Below, piece after piece: positions 20,301-29,949 of a DNA stretch of 64,000 nucleotides. Source of the DNA: Candidatus Delongbacteria bacterium (GTDB lineage Bacteria > CAIWAD01). A model generated the notes under the pieces. It worked only from the letters and a program-made list of their open reading frames with translations, did not search any database and was not told the origin of the DNA. The stretch's first letter is position 1. The number at the start of each line of letters is the position of its first letter. Location of the stretch: assembly GCA_963663545.1 (NCBI GenBank), contig OY760505.1:2080001-2144000 (forward strand), read 5' to 3'. The position numbers and the translations under genes are program-made.

Positions 20301-21070
20301 CCATGCCTGAAGGGGGATTCCTCAAGCTTGTGACACGCGCCGAGCTCTTGAGTGAGAGCGATGTGCAGCGCTATGCTGATGCCGTTTCGGGACACTACGT
20401 GCGTCTCAGCGTAATCGACACCGGAATAGGAATTCCACTACATCTCCAGGATCGCATCTTCGAGCCTTTCTTTACGACCAAGGGGGTCAATAAGGGGACG
20501 GGATTGGGGCTGGCGACGGTTTATGCAATTGTGCGCAGGCACGGTGGCTTCATTGCCGTAGATAGTGAAGAGCAGAGGGGAACGGCCTTTCATTTGTACT
20601 TGCCGGAAGTAGAGAGTGCGTGTGACACTTCAGAGCATTCACAGTGTGATACAGATGGAGAATCCGGTCTGTCTGGGCAAGGTGAGACCATCTTGCTTGC
20701 TGAGGACGATCCGCAGGTGCGTGAACTGGCTACCAGCATTTTGCAGCAGGCCGGGTACAATGTCATCCTTGCCGAAGATGGCGATCAGGCTGTGCAGCAA
20801 TTCGAGGATCATCAGGAGCGAATCAACCTTGCATTGCTGGATGTGATCATGCCCCGGCGTAACGGCCGGCAGGTGTACGAATACTTGCACGAAATCAAAC
20901 CGGAACTGCCTGTGCTCTTCGCCAGCGGCTTCAGTTTTGAACTGCAGGAAGGCAAAGAGCTGCCGCGAGGGGGCGAACGCGCGCTGGTTCAGAAGCCCTA
21001 CGTTCGCGAGGAGCTCTTGCGCCGTCTGCGACAAGCGCTGGAAAATCGCGGCTCCTGGCGGTCCCGTTGA
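17375..21070 (+). CDS. Hybrid sensor kinase (periplasmic SBP family 3, four PAS domains, HisKA, HATPase, REC)
   Basis: SBP motif IRVGIDP.WPP, PAS repeats, [31 protein letters not shown], and receiver LLDVIMP...QKP. Start uncertain (17294 or 17375). Confidence 0.93.
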   Translation: [1231 protein letters not shown]

Positions 21071-21313
21071 CGGATCGCGAAAATTCGGCAGAGCTCGCTA
21101 TTCCAACAGTGTAATTGCACGACAATTCATGCTCTCGAAGCTGACTCTCCTTACATTCATTTCGCGGGTTTGTGCGAAGTCATTCCGCACACTCTACAAG
21201 GCTGAACACAGTTGTAGGACGCCCGCGTCTTGACAACATCATCCCGGCAGGTCCCCCACGGAACCCGGCCGCCTGACGATCCGCCATGTGCGGACTCAAT
21301 TGCAGGAAGCTCC

Positions 21314-23422
21314 ATGAGCGATTTCCGGATAAAATCTCACCCGATCCTGAAAGCACCGGATCGGGAAAGCGTCCCGTTTTTCTGGCAGGGACAGGAACTA
21401 CAGGGGCTTGCTGGTGAAATGCTCACTGCCGCCCTCTTTGCCAATGGTATTCGCACCTTCGGGCACCATCATCGCGATGGTAGTCCGCAAGGGCTGTTCT
21501 GCGCCAACGGCCAGTGCAGCCAGTGCATGGTGCTGGTGGACGGTCGACCCGTTAAGGCTTGCATGACACCGCTGCATGCGGGTATGCGCGTTGATCCGGT
21601 GGACAGTCTGCCTGAATTGCCGGTCTGTGACACAACGGAGAAGTTTGCTGATCCGCGTGTGATACAGGTGCCGGTGCTGATTCTGGGTGGAGGTCCGGCG
21701 GGGCTCTCTGCGGCCATTCAACTCGGCAAACGCGGGATCAAGTGCCTGCTTGTGGACGACAAGGATCGTCTGGGTGGCAAGCTCGTGTTACAAACGCATC
21801 GTTTCTTTGGCTCCATCAACGCTGTTCACGCTGGCACGCGAGGCATTGACATTGCCACCCGCCTGGAAGAAGAAGTGCGCACGCAGGAGTCGGTTGAGGT
21901 TTGGCTGAACACCACGGCTCTGGCCGTTTTCAGCGACAAGCGCGTTGGCCTGTTGCGTCAGACGCTAACGGATGGCGTACCACGGGAAGAGTACGTGCTA
22001 GTGGAGTCGCAACTACTGCTGGTCAGCACCGGAGCGCGCGAGAAAACGCTGCTCTTTCCAGGTAACACGCTGCCCGGTGTGTACGGTGCAGGTGCTTTTC
22101 AGACGCTGGTCAACCGAGACCTGGTGCGAAGCTGCAAGCGACTCTTCATCGTGGGAGGCGGCAATGTCGGCCTGATTGCAGGGTATCACGCGCTGCAGGC
22201 AGGCATTGAGGTGGCGGGTCTGATCGAGGCTCTGCCCGAGTGCGGTGGCTACAAGGTGCACAAGGACAAGCTGGTGCGCATGGGAGTTCCCGTCTACACG
22301 CGGCACACAATTCTGGGTGTGGAAGGCGAAGGCCAGGTGGAGCGTGTTACCATTGCCGCCATTGACGAGAACTGGCAGCCGATTCCCGGAACTTCGCGCA
22401 CCTTCGAGTGCGATGCGGTATTGATAGCCGTTGGCCTGGATCCTGTGGATGAATTCCTGCACAAGGCGCGCGAATATGACATGCAAGTGCTGGCGGCCGG
22501 TGATGCAGAGGAAATTGCCGAGGCCTCTGCTGCCATCTTTGCCGGCAAGATCCGCGGTCTGGAAATCGCAAGGCAACTTGGCGTCACCGACGATGCCGTT
22601 CCTGAAGAGTGGGCGCGCACAGCCGAGATTCTGAAGTCCAGGCCTGGTGAGTGTGGCTGCGAGGCTGTTCCCGAGGTGGAGACGGGCGTCTTTCCCGTGA
22701 TACATTGCTCGCAGGAGATTCCCTGCAATCCCTGCACTTCGGTCTGTCCGCGTGGCCAGATCGTGATAGACGAGCAGGATATTCGCGAAGTGCCCGCTTT
22801 CCTTAACGGGGAAATCGAGCAACACTGCATTGGCTGTGAGAAGTGTGTCACCATCTGTCCAGGATTGGCCATTACACTGGTCGACTATCGCAAAGACCAG
22901 GAGCATCCGCTAGTAACGCTGGCCTTCGAGTTCCAGGCGGGCACTCTTGCGGTCGGTGACCGTGTTACAGTGCTGGACACCATTGGCGATCGCTTGGGCG
23001 AAGCCGAAGTGGTGCGTATGCGCGACATACCGCGCAACGGTCGCACCGTGCTGTTGCAACTTCGCGTCGACCGCACCATTGCCAAGCGCGTTGCCGGTGT
23101 GCTTGTGCAGGAAGAGTGGGTGGCGGATTCGCTTCCAGAAGCCGTCGAGCGACTGGAGGATGAGGTCATCGTTTGCCGTTGCGAACGTGTCACGGCCGGT
23201 GAAATTCGCGCCTTGATCCGCGAGGGCGTTCGCGATTTGAACGCCATCAAGGCGATCACCAGAGCGGGCATGGGCGCCTGTGGCGGCAAGACCTGTCAGA
23301 GTCAGATTCTGCGCCTTTTCCGCGAAGAAGGCGTGCCGATGGAGGATGTGACACCGGGCGTGCCGCGTCCGCTCTTTGTCGAGGTTCCGCTGGGAACCTT
23401 TGCACGCGGGTCCAGGCAGTGA
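21314..23422 (+). CDS. Multi-Fe-S flavoprotein (2Fe-2S, FAD/NAD, 2x4Fe-4S, BFD); proline dehydrogenase/sarcosine oxidase alpha-like
   Basis: FCANGQCSQC..C, GGGPAG, GGGNVG, CNPC..CP/CIGCEKC..CP and CRCE...GACGGKTC motifs. Confidence 0.88.
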   Translation: MSDFRIKSHPILKAPDRESVPFFWQGQELQGLAGEMLTAALFANGIRTFGHHHRDGSPQGLFCANGQCSQCMVLVDGRPVKACMTPLHAGMRVDPVDSLPELPVCDTTEKFADPRVIQVPVLILGGGPAGLSAAIQLGKRGIKCLLVDDKDRLGGKLVLQTHRFFGSINAVHAGTRGIDIATRLEEEVRTQESVEVWLNTTALAVFSDKRVGLLRQTLTDGVPREEYVLVESQLLLVSTGAREKTLLFPGNTLPGVYGAGAFQTLVNRDLVRSCKRLFIVGGGNVGLIAGYHALQAGIEVAGLIEALPECGGYKVHKDKLVRMGVPVYTRHTILGVEGEGQVERVTIAAIDENWQPIPGTSRTFECDAVLIAVGLDPVDEFLHKAREYDMQVLAAGDAEEIAEASAAIFAGKIRGLEIARQLGVTDDAVPEEWARTAEILKSRPGECGCEAVPEVETGVFPVIHCSQEIPCNPCTSVCPRGQIVIDEQDIREVPAFLNGEIEQHCIGCEKCVTICPGLAITLVDYRKDQEHPLVTLAFEFQAGTLAVGDRVTVLDTIGDRLGEAEVVRMRDIPRNGRTVLLQLRVDRTIAKRVAGVLVQEEWVADSLPEAVERLEDEVIVCRCERVTAGEIRALIREGVRDLNAIKAITRAGMGACGGKTCQSQILRLFREEGVPMEDVTPGVPRPLFVEVPLGTFARGSRQ

Positions 23423-24588
23423 CAGGTGGAGCAAGAACAATGAACTACGATGTGATACTCATAGGCGCGGGAAGCGTTGGGCTCTCCACTTCTCACGCAC
23501 TGGCGCGGGGCGGAATGCGTGTACTCGTGCTTGACCGTCTGGCCAGTTTTGGTCAAGGCAGCAACAAGGCGGCCATCGGCGGAATTCGTGCAACACATGG
23601 CGATCCGGCCAAGATCCGTCTGTGTCTGCGATCGCTGGAAATCGTCAAAGCCTGGCAGCAAACCTACGGCCACGATCTGGAATGGACTACGGGTGGCTAT
23701 GTCTTTGTAGCACGCCGCGAACGCGAAGAGCGCATTCTGAAAGATCTGCTCAAAGTCCAGAAGAGCTACGGGCTCAATATCGATTGGCACGATCAGGACA
23801 GCATGCTGAGTGTTGTTCCGGACTTGCGCAGAGAAGGTCTGATCGGCGGTACCTTCTCGCCGGAGGACGGTCACTGCTCTACGCTTCGCCTGGCCTGGGC
23901 GCAATATGATGTGTCACGGAAAGCGGGTGTTGAGTTCCGCTTTCGCGAAGAGGTGACAGAGATCCTGCGCGAAGGAGATCGCGTAAGCGGGGTTCGCACG
24001 AACAAGGGCGTGTATCACGCACCTGTTGTTGTCAATGCCGCTGGAGCCGCCGCCGCACGCATCGGTCGCATGGTGGGCATGGCGCATCCTGTTCAGCCCG
24101 ACAGCCACGAGGCTGGTATTACCGAGCCGGTGGCGCCATTTATGAAGCCCATGGTCGTGGACATTGAGCCCACCGAGGATTCTACCAACTATTACTTCTA
24201 TCAGCTGCACACCGGCCAGGTTGTGTTTTGTATCACGCCAATGCCGGCGATCGTCGGCGAAGACAAGCGTGAGACGAGCGAGTTCCTACCGCTGGTGGCG
24301 CGCCGCATGGTGAACCTGATGCCGCGACTTGCCAACCTGCGCGTGCGCCGGACCTGGCGCGGTTTGTATCCCATGACGCCCGACGGATCTCCCCTGGTGG
24401 GCTGGTCACAGGAGTTGCGTGGCTACTTGATGGCCATCGGCATGTGCGGCCAGGGTTTCATGCTGGGACCGGGTGTGGGCGAGTTGTTGGCTCGCGTGTT
24501 ACAGGACCAGCTTCAGCCCGAGGACGATCTCGTGTTGAAAACGCTGTCACCCTACCGTGAATTCAAGGGGGCCGAAGCCCTCAAATAG
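23419..24588 (+). CDS. FAD-dependent oxidoreductase, DAO family (sarcosine oxidase/proline dehydrogenase beta-like)
   Basis: IGAGSVG, W.GLYPMTPDG.P.VG and G.CGQGFMLGP motifs. The start is 23419 (GTG overlap) or 23440. Confidence 0.9.
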   Translation: MTGGARTMNYDVILIGAGSVGLSTSHALARGGMRVLVLDRLASFGQGSNKAAIGGIRATHGDPAKIRLCLRSLEIVKAWQQTYGHDLEWTTGGYVFVARREREERILKDLLKVQKSYGLNIDWHDQDSMLSVVPDLRREGLIGGTFSPEDGHCSTLRLAWAQYDVSRKAGVEFRFREEVTEILREGDRVSGVRTNKGVYHAPVVVNAAGAAAARIGRMVGMAHPVQPDSHEAGITEPVAPFMKPMVVDIEPTEDSTNYYFYQLHTGQVVFCITPMPAIVGEDKRETSEFLPLVARRMVNLMPRLANLRVRRTWRGLYPMTPDGSPLVGWSQELRGYLMAIGMCGQGFMLGPGVGELLARVLQDQLQPEDDLVLKTLSPYREFKGAEALK

Positions 24589-24600
24589 CGAGGCTTGCCC

Positions 24601-25185
24601 ATGTCCGCAAGTGCGGAACATCTCTATGCTGCTCTGGAGCAGCGTCTGCTCGCACCAACGGGCATCGACCTGCGCGCACGCATGGAACTGGAAGGCATTA
24701 TAACAGGGGAGCTGAACGCTTCCCTGTTTCTTTCTCCCACCGATGTGGTGGAGTTGAGTCTTCACGGAGATTTCAATGGCAGCGAGGAGTCGCTTACGCT
24801 GATCGGGGACCCGCGGAGTCTGCGTGTGCATCACAACGACTCTGTTCATGTGCTGGACCACGCTGCCGAGTTGCGCGAAGGCCTGGTGTTGGGCCTGTTG
24901 CGCATGGGGCTGATGCATAATCTGGCCTGCCTGTTGATGGAGCATCGGCTGGATGGTGTTGACGGCAGTGTGCGCGGCTGGCTGAGTTACCACGATCTTC
25001 ATCAGCGGAGTGAGGCAGAGCTGTTCTTCGGCATCAGTGTACGTGGTGAGAACTGTGCTCACGCAACACTGCTGTTGGATGCGCAAGGGCTTCCACAGCG
25101 GCGGGAGCAGGAGGTCGTCTTTCCTGCGGGGCACCTTTTGGTGCACGAAACCTACTCGCGATTTCAATTATTCAGCGAGTGCTGA
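24601..25185 (+). CDS. Hypothetical protein
   Basis: ORF of about 195 aa filling the gap in a co-directional run. No motif recognised. Confidence 0.6.
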   Translation: MSASAEHLYAALEQRLLAPTGIDLRARMELEGIITGELNASLFLSPTDVVELSLHGDFNGSEESLTLIGDPRSLRVHHNDSVHVLDHAAELREGLVLGLLRMGLMHNLACLLMEHRLDGVDGSVRGWLSYHDLHQRSEAELFFGISVRGENCAHATLLLDAQGLPQRREQEVVFPAGHLLVHETYSRFQLFSEC

Positions 25186-25242
25186 GAAAAGCTGAATCCT
25201 GTTCGCCAACGCCAGTCAGTTGTCCTTTTTTGGAGGAGGACC

Positions 25243-25797
25243 ATGACACGCACAGATTTCGTTCCCGTTCTGGAAACACAGCGTCTCCGCCTGCGCGGCT
25301 GGAAAGAAGAAGATCTGGACTTGCTGGCTGAGTGGTCGGCGGATGAAGAAACCATGCGCTACATCGGTCGGGGCAACACAATGAACCGGGCACAGACGTG
25401 GAACAGCCTGGCCTGGCTCGCCGGTCACTGGGTGCTCAAGGGTTACGGGGAATGGGCGGTGACGTTGCGCGAGAGCGGGCGACTGATCGGCCGCATCGGA
25501 CTGATTTACCCGGAAGGGTGGCCGGATCTGGAGCTCGTCTGGTTGTTGGATCGCGGTTATCGCGGTCACGGCTACGCCACGGAAGCCGCTGCAGCAGCCA
25601 GGGATTTTGCCTTTCGCGAGTTGGGCGCGGACCGGCTGATCAGTCTCTTCTACCCGCAGAACGAGGCGTCCATGCGTGTGTCACAACGCGTGGGTGAGTC
25701 TCTGGTAGGTGAGGTGGACGTCTTCGGCATGCGGCTCGTGTGTCACGAAATGACTCGATCCACCTGGCTGCGCCGTGTAGGCGACCTGGAGACCTGA
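25243..25797 (+). CDS. GNAT acetyltransferase (RimJ/RimL family)
   Basis: LETQRLRLR, RGHGYATEAA and N.ASMRV motifs. A GGAGGAGG RBS is present. Confidence 0.92.
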   Translation: MTRTDFVPVLETQRLRLRGWKEEDLDLLAEWSADEETMRYIGRGNTMNRAQTWNSLAWLAGHWVLKGYGEWAVTLRESGRLIGRIGLIYPEGWPDLELVWLLDRGYRGHGYATEAAAAARDFAFRELGADRLISLFYPQNEASMRVSQRVGESLVGEVDVFGMRLVCHEMTRSTWLRRVGDLET

Positions 25798-26043
25798 GGA
25801 ACGCACACTCGGATCAGCCATTTTCAGACAACGGCCTTCTCCCGTGCCTTTCTCGTTCACGTAGGGAGGAGGCGCTGTTTTCAGCCGTGCTGATCCACCG
25901 GTGCGTGAGTCGCAATTAGGCGACTCGCCAAACACAACTGCCAACAGAATTCAATCCACATGCGGCCTGACTTTGGCGGATCGCGCAGTGTTCCTGCTTT
26001 CTTCCGACTGCTCTAGATTGGGTGAGTCAACTCAGGAACAGGA

Positions 26044-27204
26044 ATGAAGCGCCTCATGTTGTACTTCGCCTTTGTCGTCTTCCTTATCTTAGCCGCCAGC
26101 GCCCTCTACCTTGTAACACGGCTGGGATCTGCATTTCCGTTGAGTAGCCTCGGGCACGGGCTGCTGATGCTGTTCACGCTGCTGCTCGCACTGCTGATGC
26201 CGGCCTTGCTCATTCTGCGACGTGTGAGCGAAGTGGACTTGCGCTGGCCGTTGTTGCTTGCGTATTCGGTCTTTGGCTTGTTCTCGATCCTGTTGGCCTT
26301 CACGCTGTTTCGCGATGTCTTGTGGTTGCTTGCCCGTGTGGTTACACTGTTACCCCGTGATACAGCCGCACGCGCACTGCTGTTTGCGTATTCGTCGCGC
26401 ATTGTTTTGCTGGCAGGAACGCTGGTCTTTGTTGGCGGCGTGCTGGTTGCCCGGCGCCCGGCGCGCTTGCACGAAGTTGACTTGAGCTATCCCGATTTGC
26501 ATCCGGACCTGGATGGCCTGCGCATTGTGCAGCTATCGGACATCCATTTGGATCAGACAACGCGCCCCGAGTTGTTGACAAGCATTGTGTCACGCACTAA
26601 TGAGCTACAACCCGATTTCGTAGCCTTGACCGGTGACCTGGTGGATGGTCGCGTTAGCGAGCTTTCGATGCAGGCCCGCGCGCTGACGGAGCTCAAGGCG
26701 CCTTGTTACTTCGTTTCCGGCAATCACGAACTCTATTCAGGTTACAGCGAGTGGTGTCGCTTTCTAGATTCCATCGGCGTCCACGTGCTCGATCAGTGCA
26801 ACGAACTTGTAACACACAAACAGGCGCACCTGCTGATCACGGGTGTCAGCGATTTCTCGATACCGCGCATGTTTCCGAGTGGGATTTCCGATCCGCTGAT
26901 GGCGATGTCGAATGCGCCGGTCCACGACTTCTGCCTGCTGTTGGCGCATCAGCCTTCCAGCGCAAAAGCGGCGCTGGCCGCAGGCGCAAATCTGGTACTG
27001 GCGGGGCATACGCACGGCGGTCAGTACTTCCCCTTCTCTTCCTTGATTCGCTTCTTTCAGCCCTACGCCAAGGGTTTGTATCACATTGGCGAGGCTTACG
27101 TTTACACGAGTCCCGGCACTGGCACCTGGGGGCCGCCGTTGCGGCTGGGGGCCAGACACGAAATCACTTTGATTCGACTGCACCGCACACGGCAGAATCC
27201 TTAG
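26044..27204 (+). CDS. Membrane-anchored metallophosphoesterase (YkuE-like)
   Basis: N-terminal TM helices plus SDIH, TGDLVD, GNHE and GHTHGGQ motifs. Confidence 0.92.
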   Translation: MKRLMLYFAFVVFLILAASALYLVTRLGSAFPLSSLGHGLLMLFTLLLALLMPALLILRRVSEVDLRWPLLLAYSVFGLFSILLAFTLFRDVLWLLARVVTLLPRDTAARALLFAYSSRIVLLAGTLVFVGGVLVARRPARLHEVDLSYPDLHPDLDGLRIVQLSDIHLDQTTRPELLTSIVSRTNELQPDFVALTGDLVDGRVSELSMQARALTELKAPCYFVSGNHELYSGYSEWCRFLDSIGVHVLDQCNELVTHKQAHLLITGVSDFSIPRMFPSGISDPLMAMSNAPVHDFCLLLAHQPSSAKAALAAGANLVLAGHTHGGQYFPFSSLIRFFQPYAKGLYHIGEAYVYTSPGTGTWGPPLRLGARHEITLIRLHRTRQNP

Positions 27205-27274
27205 CGAAGCTTCCGCTACATTGGGGCCTGTTGGATGATGTCGATCCGAGAACCGCTGCCAGGAAGGAGGATGA

Positions 27275-27409
27275 ATGTCCTGTCGCAAGGGAAAATCGGA
27301 GTCGAAGGGAAAGGCCGGCGAGTATCGCTGTAGCAAGTGCGGGGCGAACTCCAAGCAAAAGAAGCACCTGTGCAAGCCCAAGAAAATCAAGGACCAACCC
27401 AATGAGTAG
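27275..27409 (+). CDS. 44-aa Lys-rich, 4-Cys microprotein (not in the ORF track)
   Basis: AGGAGG RBS followed by MSCRKGKSESKGKAGEYRCSKCGANSKQKKHLCKPKKIKDQPNE*. Its 3' end overlaps the ROK start codon at 27402. Confidence 0.75.
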   Translation: MSCRKGKSESKGKAGEYRCSKCGANSKQKKHLCKPKKIKDQPNE

Positions 27410-28376
27410 AATTTGGCTGGGCATTGATTTGGGTGGAACTAAAACCGCGGCGATGCTGGAAAGCGACGACCGTCAGGTGTTGGCGCGCAGCAAAATGAGA
27501 ACCGAGGGACACGAGGGCGCCGATAGCACTCTCGAACGCATGGTCGCCATGCTGGGAGAGATGTGCGCAGAGGCGGGCGTTGATCGAAATGAACTGGCTG
27601 GCGTGGGCATTGGTTGTCCCGGGCCGCTCGACCTCGTTGGCGGTCTAGTACTGGATTCACCCAATCTGGGGTGGGGTGATTTTCCGCTGCGCGAGCGGCT
27701 GGCAGAGGCCCTTCACTGTCCAGTGCTACTTGTGAACGATGTGGACGCTGGCGTCTACGGCGAGTACGCGCGTGGAGCGGCCAAGGGTGCGCGCTGTGTC
27801 CTTGGTGCTTTTCCCGGTACGGGCGTTGGCGGCGGCTGTGTGTACGAAGGAAGGCTGCTGCGCGGTCGACGCGCCTCGGCGCTTGAGCTCGGTCATATTC
27901 AGGTCGTACCCAACGGCCCTCTTTGCGGTTGTGGACGCAGGGGTTGCCTGGAGGCGGTTGCTGGCCGTTTGGCCATTGCAGCGCAGTTGGCTACTGCCGC
28001 CTATCGTGGTGACGCTCCGACCATTCGCGAATTAGCGGGAACCGACATCGGCATGATTCGATCAAGTGTGATACGTCGCGCCATCGAGGCCGGTGATACA
28101 ATAGTAGAAGAAATCGTTCGCATCGCGGCCCATAATCTCGGACGCGGCCTAGCGAGCGTAATCAATATCCTCAATCCAGATACCGTGGTTCTGGGCGGCG
28201 GGCTGGTTGAGGCCCTTCCGCAGCTATATCTGGACGAAGTGCAGGCGGGAGTAGCTGAGCAGGCCATGCAAGCCATGCTTGAGGAACTGCACATTTGCGC
28301 TTCGCAACTGGGTGATGACGCGGCTATGATTGGCGTTATTGAATTGGTGCGGCGTGATACAGCAGCAGGAAAGTGA
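27402..28376 (+). CDS. ROK-family sugar kinase (glucokinase-like)
   Basis: GIDLGGTK, NDVDA, GTGVGGG, ELGH and CGCGRRGCLE motifs. The longer 26703 ORF is an overlap artefact. Confidence 0.92.
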   Translation: MSRIWLGIDLGGTKTAAMLESDDRQVLARSKMRTEGHEGADSTLERMVAMLGEMCAEAGVDRNELAGVGIGCPGPLDLVGGLVLDSPNLGWGDFPLRERLAEALHCPVLLVNDVDAGVYGEYARGAAKGARCVLGAFPGTGVGGGCVYEGRLLRGRRASALELGHIQVVPNGPLCGCGRRGCLEAVAGRLAIAAQLATAAYRGDAPTIRELAGTDIGMIRSSVIRRAIEAGDTIVEEIVRIAAHNLGRGLASVINILNPDTVVLGGGLVEALPQLYLDEVQAGVAEQAMQAMLEELHICASQLGDDAAMIGVIELVRRDTAAGK

Positions 28377-28382
28377 TTCGGG

Positions 28383-29945
28383 ATGAAGGACGCTCCCATC
28401 GAAGAGCAGGCAGGATCACGCCTGCGAGCCGTATTGGAACTGGGGACGACGGCGATCCGCATGGTGGTGGCTCAGGTCAGTAGCAGCGGTCCGCCAAAGG
28501 TGCTGGAAAGCCTGCAACAGAGCATCGCCCTTGGTCGCGACAGTTTTTCGGAAGGTGCTATCTCGCGTACTACAACCGAACAGTGTGTCACGGTTGTGAG
28601 GCGTTTCAGCGAACTGCTGCGGCAGTATCGTATCGACAACCGTGCCCATTACCGTGCCGTGGCGACCTCGGCGGTGTATGACGCCTCAAACCGCGACGCC
28701 TTTCTCGATCGCATCCTGATAGCCACCGGAATTGAAGTCGAAGTGCTTGACGACAACGAAGTTGCTCACGTGTTGTTTCTAGGCCTGCAATCGCACACCG
28801 ACGCATATCCAGCGCTGCGCAAGGGCCCGTTACTGGTGGTGGAAACCGGTGGCGGTTCAAGCCAGATTCTGCTGATGAGTGGCGGCAGTGTGATACGCTA
28901 TCACACGCTGCGTCTGGGTTCACTGCGCTTGAGGCAGATGCTCGACGACTTTGGTGCGCCTCTGATTCGACAGGCAGCTATTCTGCGTGAGCACGTCGAG
29001 TCTGCGCTGAATCCGCTGCGTCGCCAGATGTCACGCCTTGGCAACGTACAGTTGCTGGCCATTGGCGGTGATGCACGCATTGCGGCACGCGCGATCCGTG
29101 AAGACTGGGATCGTCACACGCCGCTTACCCTGCAGGCCAAGGATTTTGAAACGTTCAGCAAACGTGTGCTGAAGCGTTCCGTTGATGAGCTGGTGCAGAA
29201 ACAGCGTGTCTCCTGGCAAGAGGCGGAAACTCTGGGACCGGCACTGCTGGTGTACCAGCAGTTGGTGGAGATGCTGAAGATCAAGCGTATCACGGTTGCC
29301 GCCACAACGCTGCGTGAAGGTCTGCTGGTAGATCTGGGGCCGCGCGGCCGTGAGATTGAGGATCTGGGTAAGGAGCTGCTCGAAGCGGCCATTCGCCTGG
29401 GTGAGAAGTACAACTTTGATCGCGAGCACGCCGCTCAGGTTCGGGACCACGCCCTGACTATTTTTGATTCCATCGCGGAGGAGCACGGTCTTGGCGCACG
29501 CCATCGTCGCATCATGTCAGTGGCCGCGCTATTGCACGACATCGGGCAGTACATCGATCTTCGCGCGCATCACAAACACAGTCAGTATCTGATACAGCAC
29601 AGCCGACTGTTCGGCATTGGTCGCCGCGATCTGATTCTATCGGCAATGGTAGCCAGGTATCACAGGCGCGCTGTGCCCTCGTCTGCTCACACGGACTTCG
29701 CGCGGCTTGAACGGCCGGATCGATTGTTGGTGAGCAAACTGTCGGCCATTTTGCGTGTGGCAGACGCGCTTGATGTGGCGCATTCCAGGCGCGTGCGAAA
29801 GGTGAAAGTGCAGATCAGCAAGGACCGCTTCATCCTGCTGATCAGCGGGCCGCGCGATCTTTACATGGAGCGAACGGCGGTTAAGCGCAAGGGTGACCTC
29901 TTCCTGGAGGTCTTTGGTAGAAGCGTGGAACTGCGGAGCATCTGA
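28383..29945 (+). CDS. ppx: Ppx/GppA exopolyphosphatase with HD domain
   Basis: ATSA..DASN and ETGGGSS motifs, C-terminal LLHDIG..HHKHS..ARYHR HD domain, and position next to ppk1. Confidence 0.88.
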   Translation: MKDAPIEEQAGSRLRAVLELGTTAIRMVVAQVSSSGPPKVLESLQQSIALGRDSFSEGAISRTTTEQCVTVVRRFSELLRQYRIDNRAHYRAVATSAVYDASNRDAFLDRILIATGIEVEVLDDNEVAHVLFLGLQSHTDAYPALRKGPLLVVETGGGSSQILLMSGGSVIRYHTLRLGSLRLRQMLDDFGAPLIRQAAILREHVESALNPLRRQMSRLGNVQLLAIGGDARIAARAIREDWDRHTPLTLQAKDFETFSKRVLKRSVDELVQKQRVSWQEAETLGPALLVYQQLVEMLKIKRITVAATTLREGLLVDLGPRGREIEDLGKELLEAAIRLGEKYNFDREHAAQVRDHALTIFDSIAEEHGLGARHRRIMSVAALLHDIGQYIDLRAHHKHSQYLIQHSRLFGIGRRDLILSAMVARYHRRAVPSSAHTDFARLERPDRLLVSKLSAILRVADALDVAHSRRVRKVKVQISKDRFILLISGPRDLYMERTAVKRKGDLFLEVFGRSVELRSI

Positions 29946-29949
29946 TACC

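Noticed and set aside
26703..27401. 557-aa ORF suggesting an N-terminally extended ROK
   Set aside because: The extension overlaps the metallophosphoesterase and the microprotein in other frames and is low-complexity. ROK homology starts at ATG 27402.
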